This document shows, piece after piece, positions 1 through 7,075 of a stretch of DNA of 50,400 nt. Made by a program: the position numbers and the translations under genes. This DNA is from a virus. The stretch is from the IMG/VR virus record IMGVR_UViG_3300034651_000168; one strand, written 5' to 3'. Below the pieces are notes generated by a model, which ran no database searches, was not told the origin of the DNA, and worked only from the letters and a program-made list of their open reading frames with translations. Within the stretch, counting starts at the first letter, position 1; each line of letters starts with the position of its first letter.

Positions 1-263
1 TAGACGAAAGAGAAATGACAAGCGTATGGTACACAGGGGATTACTCGATGATAGACCTTCAACGGATTTTAGGGGAAGAAAATTTGGAACTAGACGAGGA
101 AGAAACATTGCAACTTTATTTAAGCCACGATTGGGTAGAGGATAACCTTTTAACCGTTCAGAACGAAATATCGTTAATGGATACGCCACTCAAAGTTCTA
201 TTGTACAACTATAACATTTACGATATGGTTCATAACTTAGAAATGAAATATCTAAGAGGATAA
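1..263 (+). CDS. 3' part of a small early ORF that wraps the circular junction (5' part at 50306..50400); hypothetical protein
   Basis: Same frame as the ATG at 50306 once the 55-bp terminal overlap is removed. No recognisable domain. Confidence 0.6.
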   Translation, partial: DEREMTSVWYTGDYSMIDLQRILGEENLELDEEETLQLYLSHDWVEDNLLTVQNEISLMDTPLKVLLYNYNIYDMVHNLEMKYLRG

Positions 264-403
264 AACATCACAGAGATTCAAATAATCATACAGGAAGTGG
301 CGTAAAACAAATTTAATAGTTATAATCGTGAAAAGGAAACAAGGCCCCTATGAAGTTATAAAACGTTTATAGGGGCATTAAAAAAGAAGGGAGATAAGAT
401 AAA

Positions 404-715
404 ATGAACAATGAAACACTAGAAACATCAATCCAAGATTTTAACGAATGGGAAGGTTCAGCAAAGATATACTTTAACAAGGAAGAAGGATACTTTTTTA
501 CCGAAGTCTTTCATAACGACATACAAGCTGTTCAAACAGTTCCAGCAGAGAATGTTTATGCGATAATCTCAAAAAAGGAAACACAAGGAAATTTTAGGAT
601 AGGCGAAAAGAGAAAGTCATACATTAAAAAAATGGCAGAGAAATTATTAGATGGATTAGATTATGCACAAGCAACATACGATTTAGCAGAAGAAGCCTAT
701 CGACTTGGAATTTAA
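404..715 (+). CDS. hypothetical early protein
   Basis: ORF preceded by the conserved initiation region GGGAGATAAGATAAAATG. No recognisable domain. Confidence 0.7.
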   Translation: MNNETLETSIQDFNEWEGSAKIYFNKEEGYFFTEVFHNDIQAVQTVPAENVYAIISKKETQGNFRIGEKRKSYIKKMAEKLLDGLDYAQATYDLAEEAYRLGI

Positions 716-735
716 TTATTCACTATTCGAGGAAA

Positions 736-787
736 ATATACCTCCCTATTATCGTTTAGATAGATTTTAGGAAGGTATATTTTTTTC
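736..787 (+). terminator. putative intrinsic terminator
   Basis: Stem ATATACCTCC / GGA-AGGTATAT (one bulge, large loop) followed by a T-run. Confidence 0.4.
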
Positions 788-822
788 ATTCAAAAAGATA
801 GTTTTATAGTTCCAAAGACCCA

Positions 823-969
823 ATTTCCACAAAAAAATTCACTGATTGCGGAACGTGCGGAAAATCGTTTATGTAACCGTTAAATTTCAACGCTTATAGC
901 GGAAAATGGTTTACATAATGCAGAATATCGGTAGTTGTATCTAGGTTATCAACAGTTTTCTGTGGGCAA
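823..969. promoter_or_regulatory. DnaA-box-like cluster upstream of the plasmid-type rep gene (candidate origin accessory region)
   Basis: Three near-matches to TTATCCACA: ATTTCCACA 823-831 (7/9), TTATCAACA 946-954 (8/9), and TGTGGGCAA 961-969 (7/9, inverted). Confidence 0.25.
857..918 (+). repeat. two 20-bp direct repeats (iteron- or centromere-like)
   Basis: GCGGAAAATCGTTTATGTAA (857-876) and GCGGAAAATGGTTTACATAA (899-918) are 17/20 identical, with starts 42 bp apart. Confidence 0.5.
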
Positions 970-1082
970 GTCTTAAAAAAGAGGATTCTAGGAGATTATC
1001 AAACTGACAGTAGAAAAGTTTCGCTTTAAGTGGATTTATCTATTCCTTTTTGTCGGAATCTGATATATTATAGAGTATAAAG

Positions 1083-1190
1083 AAAAATAAAGTCCACGTT
1101 GGTAGCGTGGACGGTGAAAGTTCCTTATTCAAAGTAGGCATTCTTGGCAGGAAGCCTTTGAATTAAGAGGAACTCTTATGCAATAGTTGT
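1083..1190 (-). ncRNA. candidate countertranscript (antisense) RNA of about 105 nt, opposite the rep leader
   Basis: Minus-strand -35 TTGTTT (1225-1220), 17-nt spacer, -10 TATAAT (1202-1197). Long imperfect hairpin 1119-1174. Minus-strand terminator hairpin GTCCACG-N7-CGTGGAC (1092-1112) followed by a U-run (1091-1083). Confidence 0.35.
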
Positions 1191-1277
1191 ACCCATATTA
1201 TACAATGGGCAAACTAAAAAAACAATAGATAATACCTTTAAACTTCCTGCCAATATATATTTGGGAGGATTTTTTTA

Positions 1278-2204
1278 ATGGATAATTCAGAGATAATGAG
1301 ATTTATTTATTGGGAACAATCAAGTCGAGATACGATTGATTTTAAAAAATCGTATGTAGACCTAGCGGATGATTTAGTCGCAGGATTGCTGTTATCTCAA
1401 ATCGTATACTGGCATTTACCTTCAAAAGAAACAGGAAAGACCAAGTTACGAGTAAAGAAAGACGGTCATCTTTGGATAGCAAAAGGCAGAGAAGATTGGT
1501 GGGAAGAAATAAGAATCACAGGAAAGCAGTTTGATAGAGCCAGCAATATTCTAGCTAAAAAAGGATTGATAGAAAAGAAGCGTTTCAAATTCAATAGCAA
1601 TCCAACCGTTCATGTCAGATTAATTTGGGAAAACTTTTTACCTAGATTAGAGGATATTATATTAAATGCAAACGAGGAAGAATCCGAGGGAAAATTTGAG
1701 GAAGATACCGAAGAAACAGGGGTGGAACCGTTGGGAGACATGGTTTTTCCCCAAAGGGTAAAATCGAATTTCCCCAAAGGTAAAAAACGAAATTCCCCAA
1801 AAGGGAAAATGGAAATTGACCAAAGGGGAAAATCTTTAACAGAGAGTACAGCAGAGATTAAGACAGAGAATAATACAGAGATTAACCCTAAAAAAGATGT
1901 TTCAATTGTTAACAAGGACGAACTAAAAAATATTTGTAATAACTACTTTTCAGAACTAAGCGTTGGAAGATGGTCAAAGAAAGAATGGTTTACGCTTATT
2001 GATAAATTTGTTCAAGAATTAATAGATAGTAAGAAACTAGATTCGATTCACGATATAGAATCCTATATCAAAGTATCATTGGAAAATATCGCTTATAAGC
2101 ATGATTTAAAATACGGAAAGCTAGATACCTATAATATTGCGAAACAAGAGGAATCAAATCGAGATACGAGCATTTATTATAATTGGTTACTAGAAGATGA
2201 TTAA
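1278..2204 (+). CDS. plasmid-type replication initiator (RepA_N-like winged-helix N-terminus)
   Basis: N-terminal pattern LLLSQIVYW...DGHLWIAKGREDWWEEIRITGKQFDRASNILAKKGLIEKKR...NPTVHVRL resembles RepA_N initiators of Firmicute theta plasmids. The central part is encoded by iterons. SD GGGAGGA. Confidence 0.5.
   Translation: MDNSEIMRFIYWEQSSRDTIDFKKSYVDLADDLVAGLLLSQIVYWHLPSKETGKTKLRVKKDGHLWIAKGREDWWEEIRITGKQFDRASNILAKKGLIEKKRFKFNSNPTVHVRLIWENFLPRLEDIILNANEEESEGKFEEDTEETGVEPLGDMVFPQRVKSNFPKGKKRNSPKGKMEIDQRGKSLTESTAEIKTENNTEINPKKDVSIVNKDELKNICNNYFSELSVGRWSKKEWFTLIDKFVQELIDSKKLDSIHDIESYIKVSLENIAYKHDLKYGKLDTYNIAKQEESNRDTSIYYNWLLEDD
1747..1838 (+). repeat. four tandem 22-24-bp iterons inside the rep ORF (candidate oriV)
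   Basis: TTCCCCAAAGG-type units start at 1747, 1769 and 1793; a degenerate TTGACCAAAGG unit starts at 1816. Translated as FPQRVKSNFPKGKKRNSPKGKMEIDQRGKS. Confidence 0.55.
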
Positions 2205-2209
2205 AGGAG

Positions 2210-2431
2210 GTGAGGATAATCGAACGACAGGAATCAGTATTAGTCGATTTGGAGCGTTCTATTTCGAGTGGGTACGTTACCTATTGGAAACCTTTCAAAA
2301 GAGGATATACGACAAATTTAGAAGAAGCAGGACGTTACCTAGAAGAAGAAGCGAAAGAGATTGAAGCGAACGACTTTGACAAAAGAACAGTTGCAATTAA
2401 CCAGTCCGTCATAGATAATATCCTTAGATGA
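2210..2431 (+). CDS. hypothetical protein (rep/par operon)
   Basis: GTG-start ORF 6 nt after the rep stop, with SD AAGGAGG. Confidence 0.55.
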   Translation: MRIIERQESVLVDLERSISSGYVTYWKPFKRGYTTNLEEAGRYLEEEAKEIEANDFDKRTVAINQSVIDNILR

Positions 2432-2450
2432 CGGATTGGGGGATTTTTCA

Positions 2451-2810
2451 ATGGAAAAGTTGATTAAGGCAAATAACGATTTAAAAGATTTACCTAGGTT
2501 TATGAACCATCGATCAGCTAGAATGTGGTTTAAGGAACGCATAGGAAATCGCTTTGTTATGGTGGATACGACAGTCATAAACAACGTAAAATTTTACATC
2601 TATCATCTTGTTCACGATAAATTGACTTATGCTATGTCGGTGAACGCAATGAGAGAAGGAATGCCATTCCAACAGAGCGACTTCAAAAACAGCTTTATAG
2701 AACTTGAAATAAGCGAGGAAGGTTACATTTTTATTAATGAGAGGGGAAACGCTTTTGAGTTATCAGACGAAAGAACAAGCAATAGGGTATATCCTAAAAG
2801 CAGTCATTGA
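2451..2810 (+). CDS. hypothetical protein (rep/par operon)
   Basis: ATG at 2451 follows SD GGGGGA. The track ORF begins at a TTG at 2436. Confidence 0.6.
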   Translation: MEKLIKANNDLKDLPRFMNHRSARMWFKERIGNRFVMVDTTVINNVKFYIYHLVHDKLTYAMSVNAMREGMPFQQSDFKNSFIELEISEEGYIFINERGNAFELSDERTSNRVYPKSSH

Positions 2811-3069
2811 TACAGGAAGCAGTAGACAGGAATTAAGAGAAGTCTATCTTGTAGCAAGGCAAGGAATCAAAGAAATGCTAGAAGGCAGAGAAGATAATCG
2901 AATGGATAATATGCTTACAAACATTATATTAATGGATTCCCTAGATACGCTTGAGAAAGATAAGGAATACAGTAAAAAGGCGGAAGCCAATCTTTATGAT
3001 GGGTACGATAGATTCACCGTAGAGGAAGCAGGAGACTTCTTTAAAGCGTTCGCAGTCATTTTAAAATAA
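2737..3069 (+). CDS. hypothetical protein (rep/par operon)
   Basis: ORF overlaps the previous one. The start is more likely the TTG at 2755, behind SD GAGGGGA. Confidence 0.55.
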   Translation: MRGETLLSYQTKEQAIGYILKAVIDTGSSRQELREVYLVARQGIKEMLEGREDNRMDNMLTNIILMDSLDTLEKDKEYSKKAEANLYDGYDRFTVEEAGDFFKAFAVILK

Positions 3070-3082
3070 GGGGGAACAGATT

Positions 3083-3859
3083 GTGACAAGGAAGATTGCG
3101 GTATCCACGAACAAAGGCGGTGTCTTGAAAACATCAATCACCGTCAACCTTGCAGGGATTTTAAGTAAGGAAGGTAAACGAGTTCTAATTGTCGATACAG
3201 ATAATCAAGGGAATACGTTGCTTTCATTTGGTATGAATCCCGATGAATTAGAGCATTCTATTTATGATGTATTAGTTGATGGGTACGACGTGAACCAGGC
3301 AATCATCAAGGACGTTCATAAAAACATTGATATTTTACCGAGCAATGATGAAATGGCGTTTTTCGAGTTTGATGTATTGACCAAGATAAAATTATATCCC
3401 GAACCATTTAAAATGCTGAAAAGCAGTTTAGAAAGAATCGAATCGAAATATGATTATATTTTAATTGATACGCCACCGAATTTAGGATTAACACAAGGAA
3501 ACGCATTGACAGCCACAGACGAGGTTTTAATTCCATTCCAACCGGAAAATTACTCTATGCGTTCATTGGTGAAAATCCTATCATCTATTCAATCGTTTAG
3601 AGATGACCATAATCCAAGATTAAAGGTGTTAGGAATCGTAGCAACGCTTGTAGACCAACGAACAGTATTGCATTCGCAGATACTCCAAGAGTGCCGCAAG
3701 TATTGTTACGAGCATAATATAAAAATGCTTGAAACGGTTATACCTAGAACAATACGTTATGCAAGCAGTGTCGCTTATGAAGGATTACCTGCAACACTAA
3801 CAGAAAAGAATAATAACCTAATTCAAGCGTATATTGATTTAAAAGAAGAAATACAATAA
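3083..3859 (+). CDS. parA: ParA/Soj-family partition ATPase (small, type Ib-like)
   Basis: Deviant Walker A STNKGGVLKTS, ILIDTPP Walker B-like motif, 258 aa with no N-terminal HTH. GTG start behind SD GGGGGAA. Confidence 0.85.
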   Translation: MTRKIAVSTNKGGVLKTSITVNLAGILSKEGKRVLIVDTDNQGNTLLSFGMNPDELEHSIYDVLVDGYDVNQAIIKDVHKNIDILPSNDEMAFFEFDVLTKIKLYPEPFKMLKSSLERIESKYDYILIDTPPNLGLTQGNALTATDEVLIPFQPENYSMRSLVKILSSIQSFRDDHNPRLKVLGIVATLVDQRTVLHSQILQECRKYCYEHNIKMLETVIPRTIRYASSVAYEGLPATLTEKNNNLIQAYIDLKEEIQ

Positions 3860-3878
3860 GAGAAATGGGGAACTTGCA

Positions 3879-4175
3879 ATGAGTAAAAAGAGAACTATAT
3901 CTAGTTTTAATGAGGTTGCCAACGATAGCGATATTAACAAAAATATTAATAGTAATAGTGATAACAAAGACGATATTTTAAAAAGCGTCACCAAAGATAA
4001 GAAACCGAAAGACCAGACGCATACGTTCAAAGGATACTGGTTAGAAAATAAAGTCGCGAATGAGATAGACCGAATGACAGACGGACACCCAAAAGGAACG
4101 AAATCGGAATTTATTAACCAAATCATCAAGAATTACTTGATAAGTGAAGGAAGATTACCAAGAGAGGAAGATTAA
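3879..4175 (+). CDS. ribbon-helix-helix centromere-binding partner of ParA (ParG/omega-like)
   Basis: Immediately downstream of parA. Disordered Lys/Asn-rich N-tail, then a strand-helix-helix pattern HTFKGYWLENKVANEIDRM...KSEFINQIIKNYL. Confidence 0.55.
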   Translation: MSKKRTISSFNEVANDSDINKNINSNSDNKDDILKSVTKDKKPKDQTHTFKGYWLENKVANEIDRMTDGHPKGTKSEFINQIIKNYLISEGRLPREED

Positions 4176-4505
4176 ATGTTTGATGGTGAAATGGTATCGG
4201 AACAGATCGCCAGAGAATACGCAAAAAAAGTCGATGAAGTCATTAAAAGGAAACTCATAGAATTATCCTATAAAGCCTTATACGAACGAGAATATAAGCT
4301 ATATGACATACTTCATGAAATCGAGGAAGGAAATATAAACGAGAAGAAGGTTGAACAATTCAAGGATAAGCTAAACGAGGAAGGATACCTTTTAAGCGTA
4401 GAAATGCCCGAAGCCGATATTTCATTTGATGAAAATAGTTACTATGCAAATATGAATCCGAATGAAATTAAGATAAAAATATATAAAGAAATACTATCAG
4501 ATTAG
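4176..4505 (+). CDS. hypothetical protein (last gene of the rep/par operon)
   Basis: ATG abuts the previous stop. A terminator follows. Confidence 0.65.
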   Translation: MFDGEMVSEQIAREYAKKVDEVIKRKLIELSYKALYEREYKLYDILHEIEEGNINEKKVEQFKDKLNEEGYLLSVEMPEADISFDENSYYANMNPNEIKIKIYKEILSD

Positions 4506-4533
4506 GAAGGGTGCGGAATACCCTTCTTTTTTT
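4506..4533 (+). terminator. intrinsic terminator
   Basis: GAAGGGT-N7-ACCCTTC followed by T7. Confidence 0.8.
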
Positions 4534-4542
4534 ATTAGTTTT

Positions 4543-4595
4543 TTCCACTAAAAGCGTACTTTACTCTTTACAATCGTAAAGGTTATTGATATAAT
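4543..4595 (+). promoter_or_regulatory. early promoter cassette A with palindromic operator
   Basis: -35 TTTACA (4567-4572), 17-nt spacer, -10 TATAAT (4590-4595). Palindrome CTTTACAATCGTAAAG (4566-4581) lies over the -35. TTCCACTAAAAGCG at 4543-4556. Confidence 0.7.
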
Positions 4596-4642
4596 TGAAT
4601 TACAGCAGTTAAGAAATACTTAAAAAAAGGAGATAAGACGAA

Positions 4643-4879
4643 ATGAATAACTTAAAAGGAAAGCAAATCGTTACATTGGAAGACATAGAAAATGGAGAAA
4701 AAATTATCGTATCGAAAATGGATAATAAAATTATCGACATCGTATTAAAAGATGGAGAAGAAACAGGAGGAATCGTTCAGAGTTATTCAGACGATTTAAC
4801 TTCAATCGAAATCGCAGATGGGGAAGGATTTTTCAGCACGATTAGTTTTGAAGATATAGAGAGCGTTCATTACTTATAG
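4643..4879 (+). CDS. hypothetical early protein
   Basis: ORF with conserved initiation region AAAGGAGATAAGACGAAATG. Confidence 0.7.
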   Translation: MNNLKGKQIVTLEDIENGEKIIVSKMDNKIIDIVLKDGEETGGIVQSYSDDLTSIEIADGEGFFSTISFEDIESVHYL

Positions 4880-4884
4880 AAACG

Positions 4885-4902
4885 AGGGGGATTCTTCCCC
4901 CT
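4885..4902 (+). terminator. G5/C5 hairpin (family member 1)
   Basis: AGGGGGA-TTCT-TCCCCCT. Confidence 0.5.
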
Positions 4903-4905
4903 TAG

Positions 4906-4923
4906 AATATCAATATTAATAAA
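4906..4923. repeat. AT hexamer array 1
   Basis: AATATCAATATTAATAAA lies between the hairpin and the next SD. Confidence 0.6.
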
Positions 4924-4935
4924 GGGGATAAAAGA

Positions 4936-5145
4936 ATGTTGAAGGTTATCGAGTATTTAGAAACGCAAACAGATTTAGAAGGATTAGAACTAGCAGACGG
5001 AACAGAATTTGGTTATTTATTCTTTGGATATAGAGTTGAAAACAGTTCAGAGGAATTAGAAATACACGTCACGTTCACGAATCAAGTTTTTATTAATGGA
5101 GAGGAACAGGAAATTTTTCTACCGTTCAGCGTATGTTCGCTGTAA
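4936..5145 (+). CDS. hypothetical early protein, paralog of 48538..48750
   Basis: Shares the pattern I-x-[YF]LET-x-T-[DE]-[LV]EG-[LI]E...GY-x-F-x-G...SEEE-[LI]EI-x-VTFT...LPF-x-V-x-SL with the 70-aa ORF at 48538. Confidence 0.75.
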   Translation: MLKVIEYLETQTDLEGLELADGTEFGYLFFGYRVENSSEELEIHVTFTNQVFINGEEQEIFLPFSVCSL

Positions 5146-5174
5146 ATATCAGTATTAATATTAATATCAATAAA
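5144..5174. repeat. AT hexamer array 2
   Basis: AAATATCAGTATTAATATTAATATCAATAAA. Confidence 0.6.
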
Positions 5175-5187
5175 GGAGAGGGATAAA

Positions 5188-5445
5188 ATGAATTTTCAAG
5201 AAAACGCAAAAGGAATTATTAAGGATACAGAAAAAAGATTTAAGGAAGCTAAACGTATCATTAATTGGGAAGCAAAATTCAAAGAACTATCAAGGTTATC
5301 AACGCAACTTCTTTCACAAAAGATGATACTAACACCATTAACATACGGAAGCCAAAAATCGAGAGAAGGCGTTTATCTTTATGAAATGTTTGATAAACTC
5401 TATCAAGAAGTTAGCAGCGAACGTCAAAGCATGGTAAACAATTAA
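5188..5445 (+). CDS. hypothetical early protein
   Basis: ORF with SD AAAGGAGAGGG. Confidence 0.7.
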   Translation: MNFQENAKGIIKDTEKRFKEAKRIINWEAKFKELSRLSTQLLSQKMILTPLTYGSQKSREGVYLYEMFDKLYQEVSSERQSMVNN

Positions 5446-5463
5446 AACTAGGAGGAAACATTA

Positions 5464-5706
5464 ATGAAATCATTTTACAGACGCATGGCCGAGGAAAAAG
5501 GAATCCTATTAAATTCATTCGAGGTTGAAGTTGATGGAATCGTTCATATGATGAATGTAGACCAGATCGTTCAGCTTATCGAAAATGCACCACATCACGA
5601 ACAAAAGCATATTAAGGATACATTTTCTAAAATCGACTTTGCTAATGGAGACTTAATGCACTACATCAAATTTTTAGCCACAGCATTTATAAAAATGAAT
5701 TACTAG
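5464..5706 (+). CDS. hypothetical early protein
   Basis: ORF with SD TAGGAGGAA. Confidence 0.7.
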   Translation: MKSFYRRMAEEKGILLNSFEVEVDGIVHMMNVDQIVQLIENAPHHEQKHIKDTFSKIDFANGDLMHYIKFLATAFIKMNY

Positions 5707-5717
5707 GAGGAATCGCA

Positions 5718-5888
5718 ATGAAAGTATTTGAAGTAATCATTAAAGAGGAACTTGTTAAAACAAAGGTAGTAGGAGCAGAAAGTGAAGCAGAAGCAATTGA
5801 TAAGGTAAAGCAGATGTATCACAACGAGGAAATAGAGTTCGACTGGTCCGATTTTAGCGATGTAACGTTTGAAGCAAATAAATATTAA
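5718..5888 (+). CDS. small hypothetical protein (56 aa, not in the ORF track)
   Basis: SD TAGGAGGAA, then ATG at 5718: MKVFEVIIKEELVKTKVVGAESEAEAIDKVKQMYHNEEIEFDWSDFSDVTFEANKY. Confidence 0.6.
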   Translation: MKVFEVIIKEELVKTKVVGAESEAEAIDKVKQMYHNEEIEFDWSDFSDVTFEANKY

Positions 5889-5915
5889 TATCAATATCTT
5901 TATTATTATTGATAG
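5880..5915. repeat. AT hexamer array 3
   Basis: AAATATTAATATCAATATCTTTATTATTATTGATAG overlaps the stop codon of the 5718 ORF. Confidence 0.6.
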
Positions 5916-5921
5916 TTTATC

Positions 5922-5951
5922 CTTTACAAGTGTAAAGAGTGATGATATAAT
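5922..5951 (+). promoter_or_regulatory. early promoter cassette B with palindromic operator
   Basis: -35 TTTACA (5923-5928), 17-nt spacer, -10 TATAAT (5946-5951). Perfect palindrome CTTTACAAGTGTAAAG at 5922-5937. Downstream AGACATA motif is shared with cassettes C and D. Confidence 0.7.
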
Positions 5952-6058
5952 AGACATATAGAAAGTTAGAGATAACTAACTTTCAAGCCCATCAAAGGGT
6001 TGGAACGATAGATGGACTAGAAAAATCGTTCAATACAAAAGGAAAGGAGAGAAGAAAA

Positions 6059-6217
6059 ATAGAACTAGATAAGATTTTAGAAGACGCAAACGCAGGGGAT
6101 TTAGAGGAAGTCGTATTAAGCAAAGAGTTCCAGCAGTTCAAATCCAGTCTCATTGAAGTTTGGGAAGTAAACGACAAGGAGATAACAGAGCAAGATATTC
6201 AAGACTACCTTTGGTAA
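6059..6217 (+). CDS. candidate small protein with a non-canonical (ATA) start
   Basis: An 88-codon stop-free frame (5954-6217) has no ATG, GTG or TTG. A strong SD AAAGGAAAGGAGAG lies 9 nt before an in-frame ATA at 6059. Confidence 0.3.
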   Translation: MELDKILEDANAGDLEEVVLSKEFQQFKSSLIEVWEVNDKEITEQDIQDYLW

Positions 6218-6233
6218 AAGGAGGTAAGACAAA

Positions 6234-6332
6234 ATGTTTTTCTATCGACCATGTGAAAAATGTGGAGAATATGTAGACGATGGAAGCTACAAAGACGATA
6301 AGTACCAATGCCACGAATGCTTAGATAAATAA
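6234..6332 (+). CDS. zinc-ribbon mini-protein (32 aa, not in the ORF track)
   Basis: SD AAGGAGGTAAGACAAAATG. MFFYRPCEKCGEYVDDGSYKDDKYQCHECLDK has a CxxC...CxxC pattern. Confidence 0.6.
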   Translation: MFFYRPCEKCGEYVDDGSYKDDKYQCHECLDK

Positions 6333-6336
6333 GCGC

Positions 6337-6354
6337 AGGGGGGATTCCCCCCCT
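6337..6354 (+). terminator. G6/C6 hairpin (family member 2)
   Basis: AGGGGGG-ATTC-CCCCCCT. Confidence 0.5.
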
Positions 6355-6381
6355 AATAAACAAAAAGGAGATAACGACAAA

Positions 6382-6675
6382 ATGAAAAAAGAAATCAAGG
6401 AAATCACACTTAGAACATTAAGAAGAAGGAAAGACGTTCTAACTCATAAGGGAAACTTCAACGTTCAGTTTTTAAGAGAGAACATTCAAAAGTTAAAGCA
6501 AGAATTGGAAACAAGAGAATCACACCACACAGTAGGAAGTGGAATAGGGGTCCAAGTTGAAGTATATCCCGAAACCCATACTAAAATTATCAAACAGCAG
6601 GAAGAAAGGTTGGAAAGAAGCCTTAAAGAAATCGAGGAACTAGAGCAAGCTATCGAGTACATCGAAGGTTTATAG
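6382..6675 (+). CDS. hypothetical early protein (coiled-coil-like)
   Basis: ORF with conserved initiation region AAAGGAGATAACGACAAAATG. Confidence 0.7.
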   Translation: MKKEIKEITLRTLRRRKDVLTHKGNFNVQFLRENIQKLKQELETRESHHTVGSGIGVQVEVYPETHTKIIKQQEERLERSLKEIEELEQAIEYIEGL

Positions 6676-6684
6676 GGTACAGAT

Positions 6685-6716
6685 ATAAAGGCTCTTTATA
6701 CATAGAGAGCCTTTAT
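6685..6716 (+). terminator. hairpin / putative terminator
   Basis: 11-bp stem ATAAAGGCTCT / AGAGCCTTTAT. Confidence 0.5.
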
Positions 6717-6743
6717 CCCCAAGGGGAAGGGAGGTATTCAAAA

Positions 6744-7070
6744 ATGGTTAAGAAGGAATGCTTCACCTATTTAGTCAAAGGTTCAGAGGATATAGGAGAT
6801 TTTTCAAAGGCAATTATGTTGCTTACAACGCTTAAAGCAGAAAAGGAAATCGTCGAGTTCAGAACATTCTATGGGAACGAGAATATACGAATCATATCTA
6901 ACATAGACAATGATTTTTATTTCGAGGATAAGATAGGAGAAATCATGTCAAAAGAGCCATGTACCGTATTCCTTATCGAAAGAGAGGACGTTCACCATTC
7001 AGTAGTAGAAGAAATCGACCGTTCCATCGACAACAAGGAAACACTTCATATATCCCTAGACGTTGACTAA
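6744..7070 (+). CDS. hypothetical early protein
   Basis: ORF with SD GGGAAGGGAGG. Confidence 0.7.
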   Translation: MVKKECFTYLVKGSEDIGDFSKAIMLLTTLKAEKEIVEFRTFYGNENIRIISNIDNDFYFEDKIGEIMSKEPCTVFLIEREDVHHSVVEEIDRSIDNKETLHISLDVD

Positions 7071-7075
7071 GAAAA

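Noticed and set aside
298-376. A possible promoter (TATAAT at 321-326) and an 11-bp-stem hairpin (344-376) in the 264-403 gap.
   Set aside because: The -35 is poor (TGGCGT), and the hairpin has no U-tract on either strand. The evidence is insufficient to call a promoter, terminator or ncRNA.
5703-6177. Minus-strand ORFs 5703-5957 and 5992-6177 in the gap around promoter B.
   Set aside because: The first overlaps a well-supported + strand 56-aa ORF and the promoter cassette. The second mirrors the stop-free + frame 5954-6217. Neither has an SD.
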